DNA of 63,972 nucleotides, counting the filler, from Stramenopiles sp. TOSAG23-2 (lineage: Eukaryota): NCBI GenBank assembly GCA_900128395.1. It is 3 parts of 3 records of this genome, joined end to end, with 100 filler letters (N's around TTAATTAATTAA, not from the genome) between each part and the next. Parts side by side here need not be neighbours in the genome. Positions count along the whole stretch, not along the records: positions 45,668 to 63,972 come from LT649608.1; 2 more parts are not named here. The stretch is one strand, 5' to 3'. The translations under genes and the position numbers were made by a program. Of the stretch, positions 46,194 through 56,705 are shown one piece after another. The notes beneath the pieces are model-generated. The model saw only the letters and a list, made by a program, of their open reading frames with translations, did not search any database and was not told the DNA's origin. Numbering within the stretch: the stretch's first letter is position 1; every line of letters starts with the position of its first letter.

Positions 46194-48410
46194 ATGAGTA
46201 ACAATGTTGATGCTACTGCTGCATTTGAAGCGGAAAAAGAACGAGAGGCATTTTTAGAGTCTATTTTTAAACCTTTTAAAGCATGGTATAATAAAGAAGG
46301 AACAAAAGAGGAAATAAAAGAAAGGAAAAATATGTTTGGACGTTTCCCAATATTTTGGAAAGGGTTAAAGAAATGGAAACATTATGAAGGTGCATATGCT
46401 GCATACACTCAAGCTAATAATAGTGGTGGTAATAATAATAATAACAACAACGCAGTTAAAGCTACTTCTGACACAACTACTAATATTGCAAATATGGTAC
46501 CAACCGCTGTTTCTATTAATAATAATACATCTACCAACACCACAGCAGCAGCGGCTACTGATACTACAGGAACGAAGAAACGGAAGCGAAAAAGCAGATG
46601 GGCGGCAGAAACGAATACCAGTGTCGTTCAAGATTCCAACAAATCTTCGCGTTGGTCAATCCCAACTGCTGATAATTTGACAGGACGAAAAAGCAGATGG
46701 GCGGCAGAAACGAATACCAGTGTCGTTCAAGATTCCAACAAATCTTCGCGTTGGTCAATCCCAACTGCTGATAATTTGACAGGAAAAGTGAAGATATTGC
46801 CTAGTGGTTTTATTGTACCTGCTGGTTTAACTATGAAAGATGAAGATGTTTTTGTTTACAAAATTCGATTGGAGCAATTAAAAGAAAAAATGATGCGCGT
46901 TCCAGAAGAAGCCTCTAAAAGAGACGCTGATCCAGACCGCTCGCCATCTCCAGAACCAGTTTATAACATGCAAGGTATCCGTACAAACGGTCGTCTACAA
47001 CGAATGACGGAAGCATGTGAAAAGGAAGAGGAAAAATTAATGATAGGCATGTTGCGTGCAGATCCAACATTGCGTAATACATTTAATTATAGGATTGTAC
47101 GTAAAGTTTATTGCCCCGTCAAAGAGTTTCCACATTATAATTTCATTGGTTTAGTGTTAGGACCTCGTGGTGCAACGCAAAAACAAATGGAAGGGGAAAC
47201 TGGGTGTAAAATTGCAATACGCGGTAAAGGTTCGATCCGTGCTGGGAGGAACGTAAGGCAAGGTTCACAACATGAAAGATCACAAAATGAAGATTTGCAT
47301 GTATTAATAACTGGGGACGATATTGATATGGTAGAACGGACCATTGAATTAGTGAAACCTTTGTTACGGCCTTTAGATGACGATCGTAACATACATAAGC
47401 AACGTCAATTGAGGCAATTAGCTTTGATTAATGGTACTCTTCGGGAAAGTACATATTGTAATTATTGCGGAGAAGAAGGACACGCACATTATGCATGTCC
47501 AAAACGAAAACAAGCTGAGATGGCAAAATTGAAGCAAGTTAGGTGTGCCATATGCGGGGAAGTATCACACGTAACTGCAGATTGTAAATATACGAAAGAG
47601 GAATTGCAAAACAAAAAGAGAAAAGTTGATGGTGATTTTCAAAATTTTATGGCCGGTTTAACTGGAACTGGTCATTCCGATCAAAATGCCACTGCAGAAT
47701 ATACTGCGACGCTTGATAGTCATAACAAAAACAATACCAATAATAATAATGAAGTAATACCAATATTAAACGTAGTTGCTACTGGCGCCTCACAAAACAA
47801 TGCAACTTCTCAAATTAATAGTAATAATAATAGTAATAATAATAATAACGACCCGCCACCAATTTTAAATTATGGCATGGCAATGCAAGCACCGCCGCCA
47901 TTGTTGGGAATGCAGCAGCAGCAACAACAACAAGGACCACCGCCAATTCTAGGAATGCACCGTGGAGGAGGTTTGCCACGTGGTATTGGTATGCCATCAA
48001 GAGGTAGAGGACGTGGTAGAGGACGTGGTTCAGCCGCAATGATGAAGCCAGCATGGATGATTCAGCAAGAAAAAGAAGCAGCAATGAAGGAACAAGAAAG
48101 TGGCCAAGATATGATCGGCAAACCACTTGAAGACAATAGCAATAGCAACGGACCTCCACCATCTACTAACAATAACAATAATAATATGCAACAGATGAAT
48201 CAATTCCAACCACCACCTATAAACCCACAAATGAATCAATTCCAACCTCCGCCACAAATGGCTCAATTTCAGCAACAACAATACATGCCACCAATGGGAA
48301 ATTTCATGCAACAACCTCCGCCACAAATGCCAATGTATGGAATGTATCAACAACCGGTACCAATGAATACTAAGAAATATGCACCAGATGTTAGTGATTG
48401 GGGAGATTAG
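46194..48410 (+). CDS. SF1: Splicing factor 1 / branchpoint-binding protein
   Basis: RKRKSRW ULM, RSPSPEPVY, KH domain NFIGLVLGPRG...KIAIRGKGS, QUA2 QLRQLALINGTLR, two CCHC knuckles, Pro/Gln tail. Confidence 0.95.
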   Translation: MSNNVDATAAFEAEKEREAFLESIFKPFKAWYNKEGTKEEIKERKNMFGRFPIFWKGLKKWKHYEGAYAAYTQANNSGGNNNNNNNAVKATSDTTTNIANMVPTAVSINNNTSTNTTAAAATDTTGTKKRKRKSRWAAETNTSVVQDSNKSSRWSIPTADNLTGRKSRWAAETNTSVVQDSNKSSRWSIPTADNLTGKVKILPSGFIVPAGLTMKDEDVFVYKIRLEQLKEKMMRVPEEASKRDADPDRSPSPEPVYNMQGIRTNGRLQRMTEACEKEEEKLMIGMLRADPTLRNTFNYRIVRKVYCPVKEFPHYNFIGLVLGPRGATQKQMEGETGCKIAIRGKGSIRAGRNVRQGSQHERSQNEDLHVLITGDDIDMVERTIELVKPLLRPLDDDRNIHKQRQLRQLALINGTLRESTYCNYCGEEGHAHYACPKRKQAEMAKLKQVRCAICGEVSHVTADCKYTKEELQNKKRKVDGDFQNFMAGLTGTGHSDQNATAEYTATLDSHNKNNTNNNNEVIPILNVVATGASQNNATSQINSNNNSNNNNNDPPPILNYGMAMQAPPPLLGMQQQQQQQGPPPILGMHRGGGLPRGIGMPSRGRGRGRGRGSAAMMKPAWMIQQEKEAAMKEQESGQDMIGKPLEDNSNSNGPPPSTNNNNNNMQQMNQFQPPPINPQMNQFQPPPQMAQFQQQQYMPPMGNFMQQPPPQMPMYGMYQQPVPMNTKKYAPDVSDWGD

Positions 48411-48760
48411 AAAAATAATATGAATACGTTAATATTATGATATCATATCATATATATATGCATAGTCATATCATAATCAGTTATAACCATCGTATATTTA
48501 TATGCATATTGTATTCTTTAGAAGAGTATATGAATTATCATGAAAGAGTAAATTAAAAAATCTAGATCAATGCGTTTAATATTTTAAATAATACTCTGCC
48601 AGTCTGATCATATTATGGCACTCTGGATACTCTTATTTACCTATGAAAAACTGTTTAATGGATGAGCGATCACAAATTTACTCTTTTTGTACGATCGTTT
48701 GATATAAGAAATATATACTGTATTGTTAATGTTTTATGATATTGCCCTCCTCGCTCAAAA

Positions 48761-51700
48761 TTAAATTTCATTAGAAAAACTTTCATTTACATCCGCCATG
48801 ATTTGATTCATAGTTCTTTGTTTTACTCTAGGGGACAAGACAGCTGCACTAGTGCTTTTACCACCAGTACCGCCGATTACTGTCTTTTTCACTCTATTGC
48901 TAATACCAGCTCCAGTATTGCCATTGTTGTACAAAGAAAATTTATTCATTGCGCTACCAAAATTTTTCAACCATTTTGAATGATCGCCCACTGCATCATA
49001 CGCAGTTTTTTGCTCTCCTGACCAACGCTTCAATTGATTTTGAAAAACAGAAAGACGATGTTGAATATCAGGATTAGACAATAGATTACCTTGTTTGTTT
49101 CCAAACCTATCAGCGACTGGGCGACCTCTATCCATCCATTGACGTTCAACATGCACATTCATGTTTTCAACGTCATTATATGCTGCAGGAGGCATACGGC
49201 TAGCTGCACGTTGAAAACCATGCATTACTCTATCATTGGATATATTGGACATTGGAACTCTACTACCGAACGTTGCACGTGGATATGCACCAGATCCATA
49301 TGGATGATTTACATATGGGGCACCACTACCCCATGCTGCATATGGATTACCATGCTGTGGCCATTGCATATATGGATTTTGCTGTTGCATATACTGTTTT
49401 TGTTTACTGCTACGCTTTTTGCTACGTTTTGTAGATTTCCATCCCCCACTTGATGGATCGAAGGCTGTAGCATTATCTGCCATAGACATATTTGAAAAAT
49501 CACTATCTAATTCATCGGACAAGCGTTCAAGATCAGATGTTTCCGGAGATGGCGAAGTGCCACCGCCACCACTGTTTGTGCCAAAATTTAAATCAAATGA
49601 ATCTGCAAATAAACTACTTTCATCCATGGTATCATTACCCACCTTTTGCCTAACAATATTTTCCATTTTTGCAACTTTTTTCTCACGTTCATATAACCAT
49701 TTTTCAGTTGCCATTAATTGATTGATGGCAGCATTTAATTCATCCGACTGTTGCTGCAACCCACGCTTAATTTCTTTTAACATGCGACGCTTGCTACGGC
49801 TTAAACCACCACGGCTGTTCTTTTGTCTTGCTGCGACACGCATATCTTCTTGCCAATGCCCTTTCTCTTTTTCTAAACGCTTCTGTCTTCGTTTTACTTC
49901 TCGTTTCTGCGATTCCAAAAATTTCGATGCTTTGGAAATTAAGAGCCTTTCTGAATTCACTCGTTTTTCCCATGGGTCGTTGCTATTACTATTATCCATT
50001 TTTCTTTCATCGCTTCCAAAGCTAGATGATTTCTTTTTGCTACTTTCATCAGTAATTCCACTGCCACCACTCGATAGGAAATTATTAATCTTGTTATTGT
50101 CTTCATATTCTGCTTTGTTTTTTCTCATATTGCTTTTTAATTGCGCTTTAAATTCGTCTAATTTCCTGTTTTCTTCCTTTATGATTTCATTACGTTTCGC
50201 TTCGTATTTGGATTTAATTTCACCTTCTAGTTGTGTAGGATCAAATGTGCCATTTGAAGAGCTTCCACTTGACAATTTTGCACGCGTTACTTCGTCTTCT
50301 AGATTGACTACTTTCCTTCTTAATTCACTCACAGTTCCCAATGCTTTGTTTTTTTCAGTCATCAACGTGTTAAGTTGGGACTCTAATTCACCAACATGAT
50401 CTGCTCGGAACCGTATAGCTTCCAAATCGGTGGAAAGTCTTGAATTTTCTGTCATTAATGTAACATTTTTTCGTGATAAATCTTTCATCTGATTTTCAAA
50501 GCTAGATTTTAACGCTGCGGCATTATCTTCCGCCATGCGTTGGTTGGATACTGCAGTTTCCAATTCCATTTGTGCGCGCTTCATTTTCCCTTCTGCTTCA
50601 TTTTGTTTCCTACGAGCAAATAGCACTTCGTCACTATTGCTGGAACTGCTACCTAATTTTGATGAAGCCGATGACAATTTAAATTCTTGAGCATTTTCAA
50701 TTTCTCGTTCTAATGAACTGATTTTGTCATTTGATATACGCAATTCGCTATTTGCATTTATTAACTCTGATTTTACTTTATTCAATTCATTTTCAAGCTC
50801 ATCAGAGCGTCTTTGTAAGCTTTCAGTTTCGTCATTAGCAGTCTTAGCACGTAGATCCATACTTTCTTGATCTCGTTCGATCATCTTTAATTTAGCAGCA
50901 ATCTCCTCCTTTTCGCCTTTATTTTGTAATAATTGTTTCTCCAACTCCGCATTTTCTGACTTTAAAGTTTGCGATTGACGCTGTGCATCTGCTAATTCAT
51001 TGGTTGACGATTTTTGTGTAGCTTGAATAGTCTCCATTTCCAATACCATTTTTCTTAGTTTACGATCCACGGTATCTTTCCTTGCAACAGCACTTTGTAA
51101 TTTTTCTTCCAACAAAGCATTTTCACGACTTAGGTCGGATAATCGATTTTTCAAAGGGTTGTCCAAATCATCGCTACCTGAAGATGCTTTTTTATTTGTA
51201 TCCATCAATGCTTGAAGATTTCCATTTTCCCTTCTCAAGCTTTCAACTTGACGTTCTAGGTCATCATTTTCAGCAACAGCTTTGTTGTTTTTTGATTCCA
51301 AATTAGTTATTTCTTCCATTGACTTCTCAAGTCGTTTTTCAAAATCTTCAGCTCGTTCAACTAAAGTTCTTGTGCGTGCTTCTCCATCTTTAACAGTGCG
51401 TGATAATGTACGAACTTTAGTTTCAAATTCATCTTTTTCGCGTTGTAATGTGCGAAGTTGAGTAAAGACACTTTCATTCTCTTTCGTACTTTCTTTATTA
51501 CGTTTTTGAACTTCTGCCAATTCCTCTTGTAAGCCTTTTACACGTCTCTCTAATCTTTCATGATCCCATTTCGTAGATTCTAAACGACGCTGTACAGTTA
51601 ATTTTTCAGATTCTGCGTTTGCCAACTGCTCTTCTACTGCTATTTTCGACTTTTTAACTTCCAACATTTCTTGCTCAACATCTTGAATTTGTTTCTTTAA

Positions 51701-53920
51701 CGTTTTCAATTGTTCCACCTTGCCTTTCGCACCAGTCATTGTTTCTTTCGACAAACGTTCTACTTGGCGTTTGAGATCGTCGATTTCAGTTTGACTTGTT
51801 GTAATGATAGTTTCTTTTTCATTTAATACTTTTTCAAGGGATGTTATTTTGTCTGAAAATTCCTCATTTTGTTCTTTTATCTTTTTGTATAATTTTTTCC
51901 TTTCTTCATTCTCTTTTTCGCTTAAAAGTTCGTCATCGTCATCATTGTTGTTCTTATCATTGCCTTTCGTATTTGTAGAAGAATTGTTCAATGCATTCGT
52001 TTCAGCTATTTTCAAAGCATCTTCTAGATCTGCAATTTCTTTTTGATAATCTTTTGATTCTTCTTCTGCGCGTCGTTTTGCACGTTTCAACTCAATCTCG
52101 GCATCATCAGCTCTGCGTCTTATACGATCAGATTCATCATTGCTGTCTCGCAGGTCCGCTTCTAATTTGCGTATTTTAGATTGCAATTCTCGTACGGTAT
52201 TATTGTCCGTGCCGGGTGATGATGATGATGCTTTTGAAGGTGTAGATTCTTGGCGTTCTTTTTCAAGTCGTTCACTAGCTTCTCGTGCGCGTGATTTAAT
52301 TTCTTCAAGTTCTTTCCTGCCTCGACGTTCTTCTTCCTCTTGCCGAGCTCTTAATTTGGACATTTCTTCTTTATGCGATGATTTTAATTCTGATAATTCG
52401 CTTTTATTTGTTGATTTCATTTTGTCCAGTTTTTCATTAAATTCCCTTTCAACACGACGTATGCTATCCTCCTTTTTACGATCATGCTCGTCTTTCAAAT
52501 CACGTATATAATCATCCAAGTCATTTTCTAAATCTTTTTTCTTCTCCTCTTGCTTTCTTTCATAACCACGTTCGATCTTGTCAACTTCGTCTTTAAATTC
52601 TTTATCCAGTATTTTTAGTTCGTCCTTCAATCTGTCTTGATAATCACGCTCTTGTGTACGTTTTTCGCGTGAAAATTTGTCTTCAAAATCTTCTTTGATT
52701 TCCTTCAATCTTGATTCATTATCTCGTCTGAGATCCTCACGTCGCTTTGCTTCCCTCTCTTCAATTTCATCACGAATACGCCTTGATTCTTCTTTTTCCT
52801 CCTTTCTCCATTCATCACGCTTGTCCCTCATATCGTCCTCATGAGAACGCTCAGCAGATCTTATTTCTGCTTCGTATTCATCTTTTTTCCTACGTAACTT
52901 GTCTTCATATGATTTTTCCAGATCTTTCAATTTACGCTCCAAACTGCGCTTTCGTTTATCTAATGCTTCATCATTACTTTCAATAGATTCTGTATCAGAA
53001 GTTAATGCACTCCTCAAACGTGAGCTTGCTCGTGATTTTTTTGAACGACGATTATTATCATCTTCATCATCGTCATCCGAACGATAATCATCTTTAGATC
53101 GCCTTTCACGAGATTTGCTTCTTCGTTTATTACGCTTACGATCTTTTCTATAATCCTCTTGCTCCTCCTCCTCAGAATCATCAGAATTATCACGACTACG
53201 TCTTTCTTTGCTTCGTCGACGTTCACGTGACTTACTACGTTTACGATCTTTACTCCTGTCGCGCCTTCGGCGATCTTTATCGCGTTTTTTTTTACTTTTT
53301 CGATCCCCACCGCCATCGTCATCCTCTCCCTCACGTTTTACTACGCCAATTTTTCCTAAAGGTTTTGAGCCACCTAAAGGTTGTTTACCTAATACACTTT
53401 TTAATCCTGGAAGTGGCTTACGGTCTAACGCGGTGCCTGCTCCACTTCCACCAGATTTCAATGGATTGGCTAGTTTAATGCTGTCTCGTTTCTTCTTCTT
53501 CTTTTTGTCTTTGCCTAACATTTTTCGCACTTCTTTTTTTTCTCGTTCTTGTTGCGCCTTCTTTTCTTCCGTTTGATGCTTGTTTCCTTTTTTCTTTTTC
53601 TCTTCCTCGTATAGTGTACGATAATATTCATCACACGGATGGTCCCAAGTACTTGCTCCAGTTGCAAAATTGAAATAATAAATTTCTTCTGTATCAGTTG
53701 TTTTACATGGTTTCCAGTTCTCTGGCAAAGGTGCTTTTAGCCCCTCTCTTGCAATCCATAATAGCGATTTATCCGCTTCTAGATCCATCCCTAACCACTT
53801 TGCATATTCAATAACTTCATCTTGCGTTGGCTCATAATTTGGATCAATTTCCTCTTCTAAGATAATAGAATCTCCCGGAGCATTTGATTGATTTTGACTT
53901 GCATTATGAGTTTTTGCCAT
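48761..53920 (-). CDS. CEP164: Centrosomal protein CEP164-like (N-terminal WW domain, long coiled coil)
   Basis: ILEEEIDPNYEPT..EVIEYA...LLWIAREGLKAPLP..WKPC...YYFNF.TG.STWDHPCDEYYR, the CEP164 N-terminal signature. Confidence 0.9.
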   Translation of the reverse strand: MAKTHNASQNQSNAPGDSIILEEEIDPNYEPTQDEVIEYAKWLGMDLEADKSLLWIAREGLKAPLPENWKPCKTTDTEEIYYFNFATGASTWDHPCDEYYRTLYEEEKKKKGNKHQTEEKKAQQEREKKEVRKMLGKDKKKKKKRDSIKLANPLKSGGSGAGTALDRKPLPGLKSVLGKQPLGGSKPLGKIGVVKREGEDDDGGGDRKSKKKRDKDRRRRDRSKDRKRSKSRERRRSKERRSRDNSDDSEEEEQEDYRKDRKRNKRRSKSRERRSKDDYRSDDDDEDDNNRRSKKSRASSRLRSALTSDTESIESNDEALDKRKRSLERKLKDLEKSYEDKLRRKKDEYEAEIRSAERSHEDDMRDKRDEWRKEEKEESRRIRDEIEEREAKRREDLRRDNESRLKEIKEDFEDKFSREKRTQERDYQDRLKDELKILDKEFKDEVDKIERGYERKQEEKKKDLENDLDDYIRDLKDEHDRKKEDSIRRVEREFNEKLDKMKSTNKSELSELKSSHKEEMSKLRARQEEEERRGRKELEEIKSRAREASERLEKERQESTPSKASSSSPGTDNNTVRELQSKIRKLEADLRDSNDESDRIRRRADDAEIELKRAKRRAEEESKDYQKEIADLEDALKIAETNALNNSSTNTKGNDKNNNDDDDELLSEKENEERKKLYKKIKEQNEEFSDKITSLEKVLNEKETIITTSQTEIDDLKRQVERLSKETMTGAKGKVEQLKTLKKQIQDVEQEMLEVKKSKIAVEEQLANAESEKLTVQRRLESTKWDHERLERRVKGLQEELAEVQKRNKESTKENESVFTQLRTLQREKDEFETKVRTLSRTVKDGEARTRTLVERAEDFEKRLEKSMEEITNLESKNNKAVAENDDLERQVESLRRENGNLQALMDTNKKASSGSDDLDNPLKNRLSDLSRENALLEEKLQSAVARKDTVDRKLRKMVLEMETIQATQKSSTNELADAQRQSQTLKSENAELEKQLLQNKGEKEEIAAKLKMIERDQESMDLRAKTANDETESLQRRSDELENELNKVKSELINANSELRISNDKISSLEREIENAQEFKLSSASSKLGSSSSNSDEVLFARRKQNEAEGKMKRAQMELETAVSNQRMAEDNAAALKSSFENQMKDLSRKNVTLMTENSRLSTDLEAIRFRADHVGELESQLNTLMTEKNKALGTVSELRRKVVNLEDEVTRAKLSSGSSSNGTFDPTQLEGEIKSKYEAKRNEIIKEENRKLDEFKAQLKSNMRKNKAEYEDNNKINNFLSSGGSGITDESSKKKSSSFGSDERKMDNSNSNDPWEKRVNSERLLISKASKFLESQKREVKRRQKRLEKEKGHWQEDMRVAARQKNSRGGLSRSKRRMLKEIKRGLQQQSDELNAAINQLMATEKWLYEREKKVAKMENIVRQKVGNDTMDESSLFADSFDLNFGTNSGGGGTSPSPETSDLERLSDELDSDFSNMSMADNATAFDPSSGGWKSTKRSKKRSSKQKQYMQQQNPYMQWPQHGNPYAAWGSGAPYVNHPYGSGAYPRATFGSRVPMSNISNDRVMHGFQRAASRMPPAAYNDVENMNVHVERQWMDRGRPVADRFGNKQGNLLSNPDIQHRLSVFQNQLKRWSGEQKTAYDAVGDHSKWLKNFGSAMNKFSLYNNGNTGAGISNRVKKTVIGGTGGKSTSAAVLSPRVKQRTMNQIMADVNESFSNEI

Positions 53921-53991
53921 AATTTTGCTATAGCTATTTATGTAAATTTATATATGTATCAATCAATAGTAATAATAATAGTAGTTATCTC

Positions 53992-55051
53992 ATGATTGCC
54001 TGCAGGAGTCTAAATATATATAGATTTATTTCGTTAAAATATACGAAGTCTAATCAATCAATAAACATGTTGTTGCATAGATGTATATTAACTTCCAATA
54101 AAAGAGATGCCAACGCTGTAATTGAATCTACTGCATTTGTAGACCCGACTGCGAATGTAGGATTAGATACTTATATAGGACATTTTGTACATATTGGTCC
54201 AGATGTAAATATTGGTGATGGATGTAAAATTTATTCACATTGTACAATAACAAATTGTGATGTTGGAAAACGTGTTATTTTAAATTCTGGAATACGAATA
54301 GGACAGGTAAGTATATAAGAGCTTCTTCGAACTAATACATATAATGTCTTGCTAGTACTTCAATCTGGCATATTTTTTCTTAAACATAGAACAGCTATGA
54401 TGAACGCGTCTTAGATACCATGCTAGACTTTTGATTTTTAATGAAATTAACTTCATACGCATTTGCCTTCTGAGCGTTTTATGTTTATTAATTCACAATA
54501 TTTTATTATTTTTTTTTCGTACAAAATATATATATTTGATTGCTAACCTTTACCAAATATTTTTACAGGATGGCTTTGGTTTTCATATTGGTAAAAATGT
54601 GAAGAAACCCCAAGAATTGCGTGTTCAAATAGGTGACGATGTTGAAATTGGTTCTAATACGACTATAGATCGCGGAAGCTGGAGAGATACTGTTATTAAT
54701 TCCAATACAAAACTTGATAATTTAATTCAAATTGGTCACAATGTGATAATAGGTGAAGATTGTTTGATTTGCGCACAGTCTGGGATTGCTGGTAGTACAA
54801 CTATAGGTAATGGCGTTCTGATCGGTGGTCAAGTTGGAATTGCGCAACATTTAAATATAGGTGACGATGTACGAATTGCAGCAAAGAGTGGTGTGATGCA
54901 TGATTTGCAGCAAGGAAAAGCATATGGTGGATACCCTGCAGTAGAAGTTAATAAATTTCATCGACAAACATTATTTTTGAAAAGTAGTGTAGAGAAGTCA
55001 AGAAGAAAGCTCCACACATGTTTTGTTACATCCACCTATGGCACAAAATAG
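53992..55051 (+). CDS. lpxD: UDP-3-O-acyl-glucosamine N-acyltransferase (LpxD); two exons (53992-54306, 54569-55051)
   Basis: Hexapeptide repeats. Splicing intron 54307-54568 (GTAAGT...GCTAAC...CAG) restores [34 protein letters not shown] and GGQVG motifs. Confidence 0.92.
54390..54478 (+). ncRNA. Candidate intronic box C/D snoRNA
   Basis: Box C ATGATGA 54397-54403, box D CTGA 54470-54473, possible D' TTGA 54431-54434, short terminal stem AAC(A)GC/GCGTT; lies about 95 nt upstream of the 3' splice site. Confidence 0.55.
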
Positions 55052-56705
55052 TCCAAAAATACATACACCAACGAGATTAAGTCATCAAAATATCCACTAT
55101 AAAGTACGTTCAGCCCAGGTTCTTATTAGACATGGCCAGCGTACACCATTGTATAAATTACCAAACGATAATAAAAAAGCATGGCCAACGGCACAACTTG
55201 GTCAGCTCACTATTAAAGGTAAGCTAGAATTAATAGATTTAGGTAAACAATTTCGTGCACGATACATTTTGTCTAAGAAAAATATTATTGATAATGGAAA
55301 AAATGAAAATTTGCTGCCCGAAAAATTTGAAGGTGTAGCTTCTCCGTTTATATATGCAAGATCTACTGATATTGATAGAGCACTTGAAAGTGCAGAAATG
55401 TTTTTAAAAGGTTTATATCCAGATGCAGTTGTACCTGTTCATTCCGTCCCTACAGAAGAAGATTTTTTACTGTTGGGATCACGATTATGCTCTAAAATGG
55501 ATAAACGTAGACAAGCGATTCAATTGGAAATAAGTAGTTCGAGTAAATATAGTACACTATTTCAACAATTACAATTGCATACAGGCATCGAACATGTATC
55601 AATGTCTAATTTTCGCACGATTGCAGATTCAATACTAACTTTAAAAGAGATTGGAGCTTTAAATAACAACAATATGCCCAATAAATTAAAAAGTATCTCC
55701 TCCGAAACTTTGGAAGAAACGAAAGACTTATTAGATACATATATGCACGATTTATATAAAATAGAAATGGCAGGGCGTTTGACTGGAGGGAATGTATTAC
55801 GTGAAATTTTAGAACGGATTATTAGTACAACTCAAAATGCAAAAAATGCAGAAGGAGATTTGCCACCACGTTTTGTTTTATATTCTACGCATGCCAATAC
55901 AATTATTGGATTTTTAAGCGCTTTAAGAAAACCGGTTAATCGTATTCCTGATTTTGCATCACAAGTAGTTGTCGAATTATTAGAAGCAACACATCCACCA
56001 TCGATGGTACCTGCATCATCACTAACGCACGGTAAGAAAGAAAAAAAGTTGCCATCCTCTTTTTTCATACGATTCACGTATGATGGAGAAGCTATTAAAA
56101 TAAACGGTTGCAAGGATGTAATATGTGAAGTTTCAAAAGTTATACGTTTAATCGGAAACATGATGCCTTCATCAACGATGGCATGGAACGTTGAATGTGA
56201 AAATAGATTTAATCAATATGGTCCAGCTAGCTTAGAAGGTTATTTAGGTATAGATTGGGAAGAATGGCCAAATATGGCTGTATTTTTAGCACTTGTCTTC
56301 ATTTTTGAAACAGTTGCATTTGACGCCATTGTTTGTAGCAAAATTAAGGAAAGGCAAAGGCAGCAACAACTTAAAAATGATAAGAATGAAAATACATTCT
56401 TAAGTCAATTAGAGGCAACGACTAGAAATTACTCTGAAAAAAATAATCAAGATGTGAAAGCATATAAGAAAAAACAACGCAAAAGGTCCTGTTACGTATT
56501 ATGTATTGGTTTCATAGGCATAATGACCTGTTTCGTGATGTTTTTAGCATTTGGTATTGAGTGGAATGAATGGCCTATTGTTGCATTTATATTATGTACG
56601 CTTATAGCTGTCGAATCAAGCGCCATTGCAGCTGTTTTTGTACATGCGAAATATTTTGATGATCCACAACTGTCGTCCATCCTTTCTTTTGACTCCATGG
56701 ACTAG
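55023..56705 (+). CDS. Histidine acid phosphatase (branch 2) with C-terminal TM segments
   Basis: RHGQRTP, GQLT..G and [12 protein letters not shown] motifs; YSTHANTI in place of the HD motif; first ATG at 55038. Confidence 0.88.
   Translation: MLHPPMAQNSPKIHTPTRLSHQNIHYKVRSAQVLIRHGQRTPLYKLPNDNKKAWPTAQLGQLTIKGKLELIDLGKQFRARYILSKKNIIDNGKNENLLPEKFEGVASPFIYARSTDIDRALESAEMFLKGLYPDAVVPVHSVPTEEDFLLLGSRLCSKMDKRRQAIQLEISSSSKYSTLFQQLQLHTGIEHVSMSNFRTIADSILTLKEIGALNNNNMPNKLKSISSETLEETKDLLDTYMHDLYKIEMAGRLTGGNVLREILERIISTTQNAKNAEGDLPPRFVLYSTHANTIIGFLSALRKPVNRIPDFASQVVVELLEATHPPSMVPASSLTHGKKEKKLPSSFFIRFTYDGEAIKINGCKDVICEVSKVIRLIGNMMPSSTMAWNVECENRFNQYGPASLEGYLGIDWEEWPNMAVFLALVFIFETVAFDAIVCSKIKERQRQQQLKNDKNENTFLSQLEATTRNYSEKNNQDVKAYKKKQRKRSCYVLCIGFIGIMTCFVMFLAFGIEWNEWPIVAFILCTLIAVESSAIAAVFVHAKYFDDPQLSSILSFDSMD

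Noticed and set aside
46194-48410. Functional link between the SF1 (branchpoint-binding) gene and the intron-containing tRNA
   Set aside because: They are 40 kb apart and separated by two artificial contig linkers; co-occurrence is incidental.
49091-53576. Many antisense and alternative-frame ORFs in the supplied track (here opposite CEP164, and similarly elsewhere)
   Set aside because: They are shadows of long real genes or low-complexity AT-rich DNA with no recognisable motifs.
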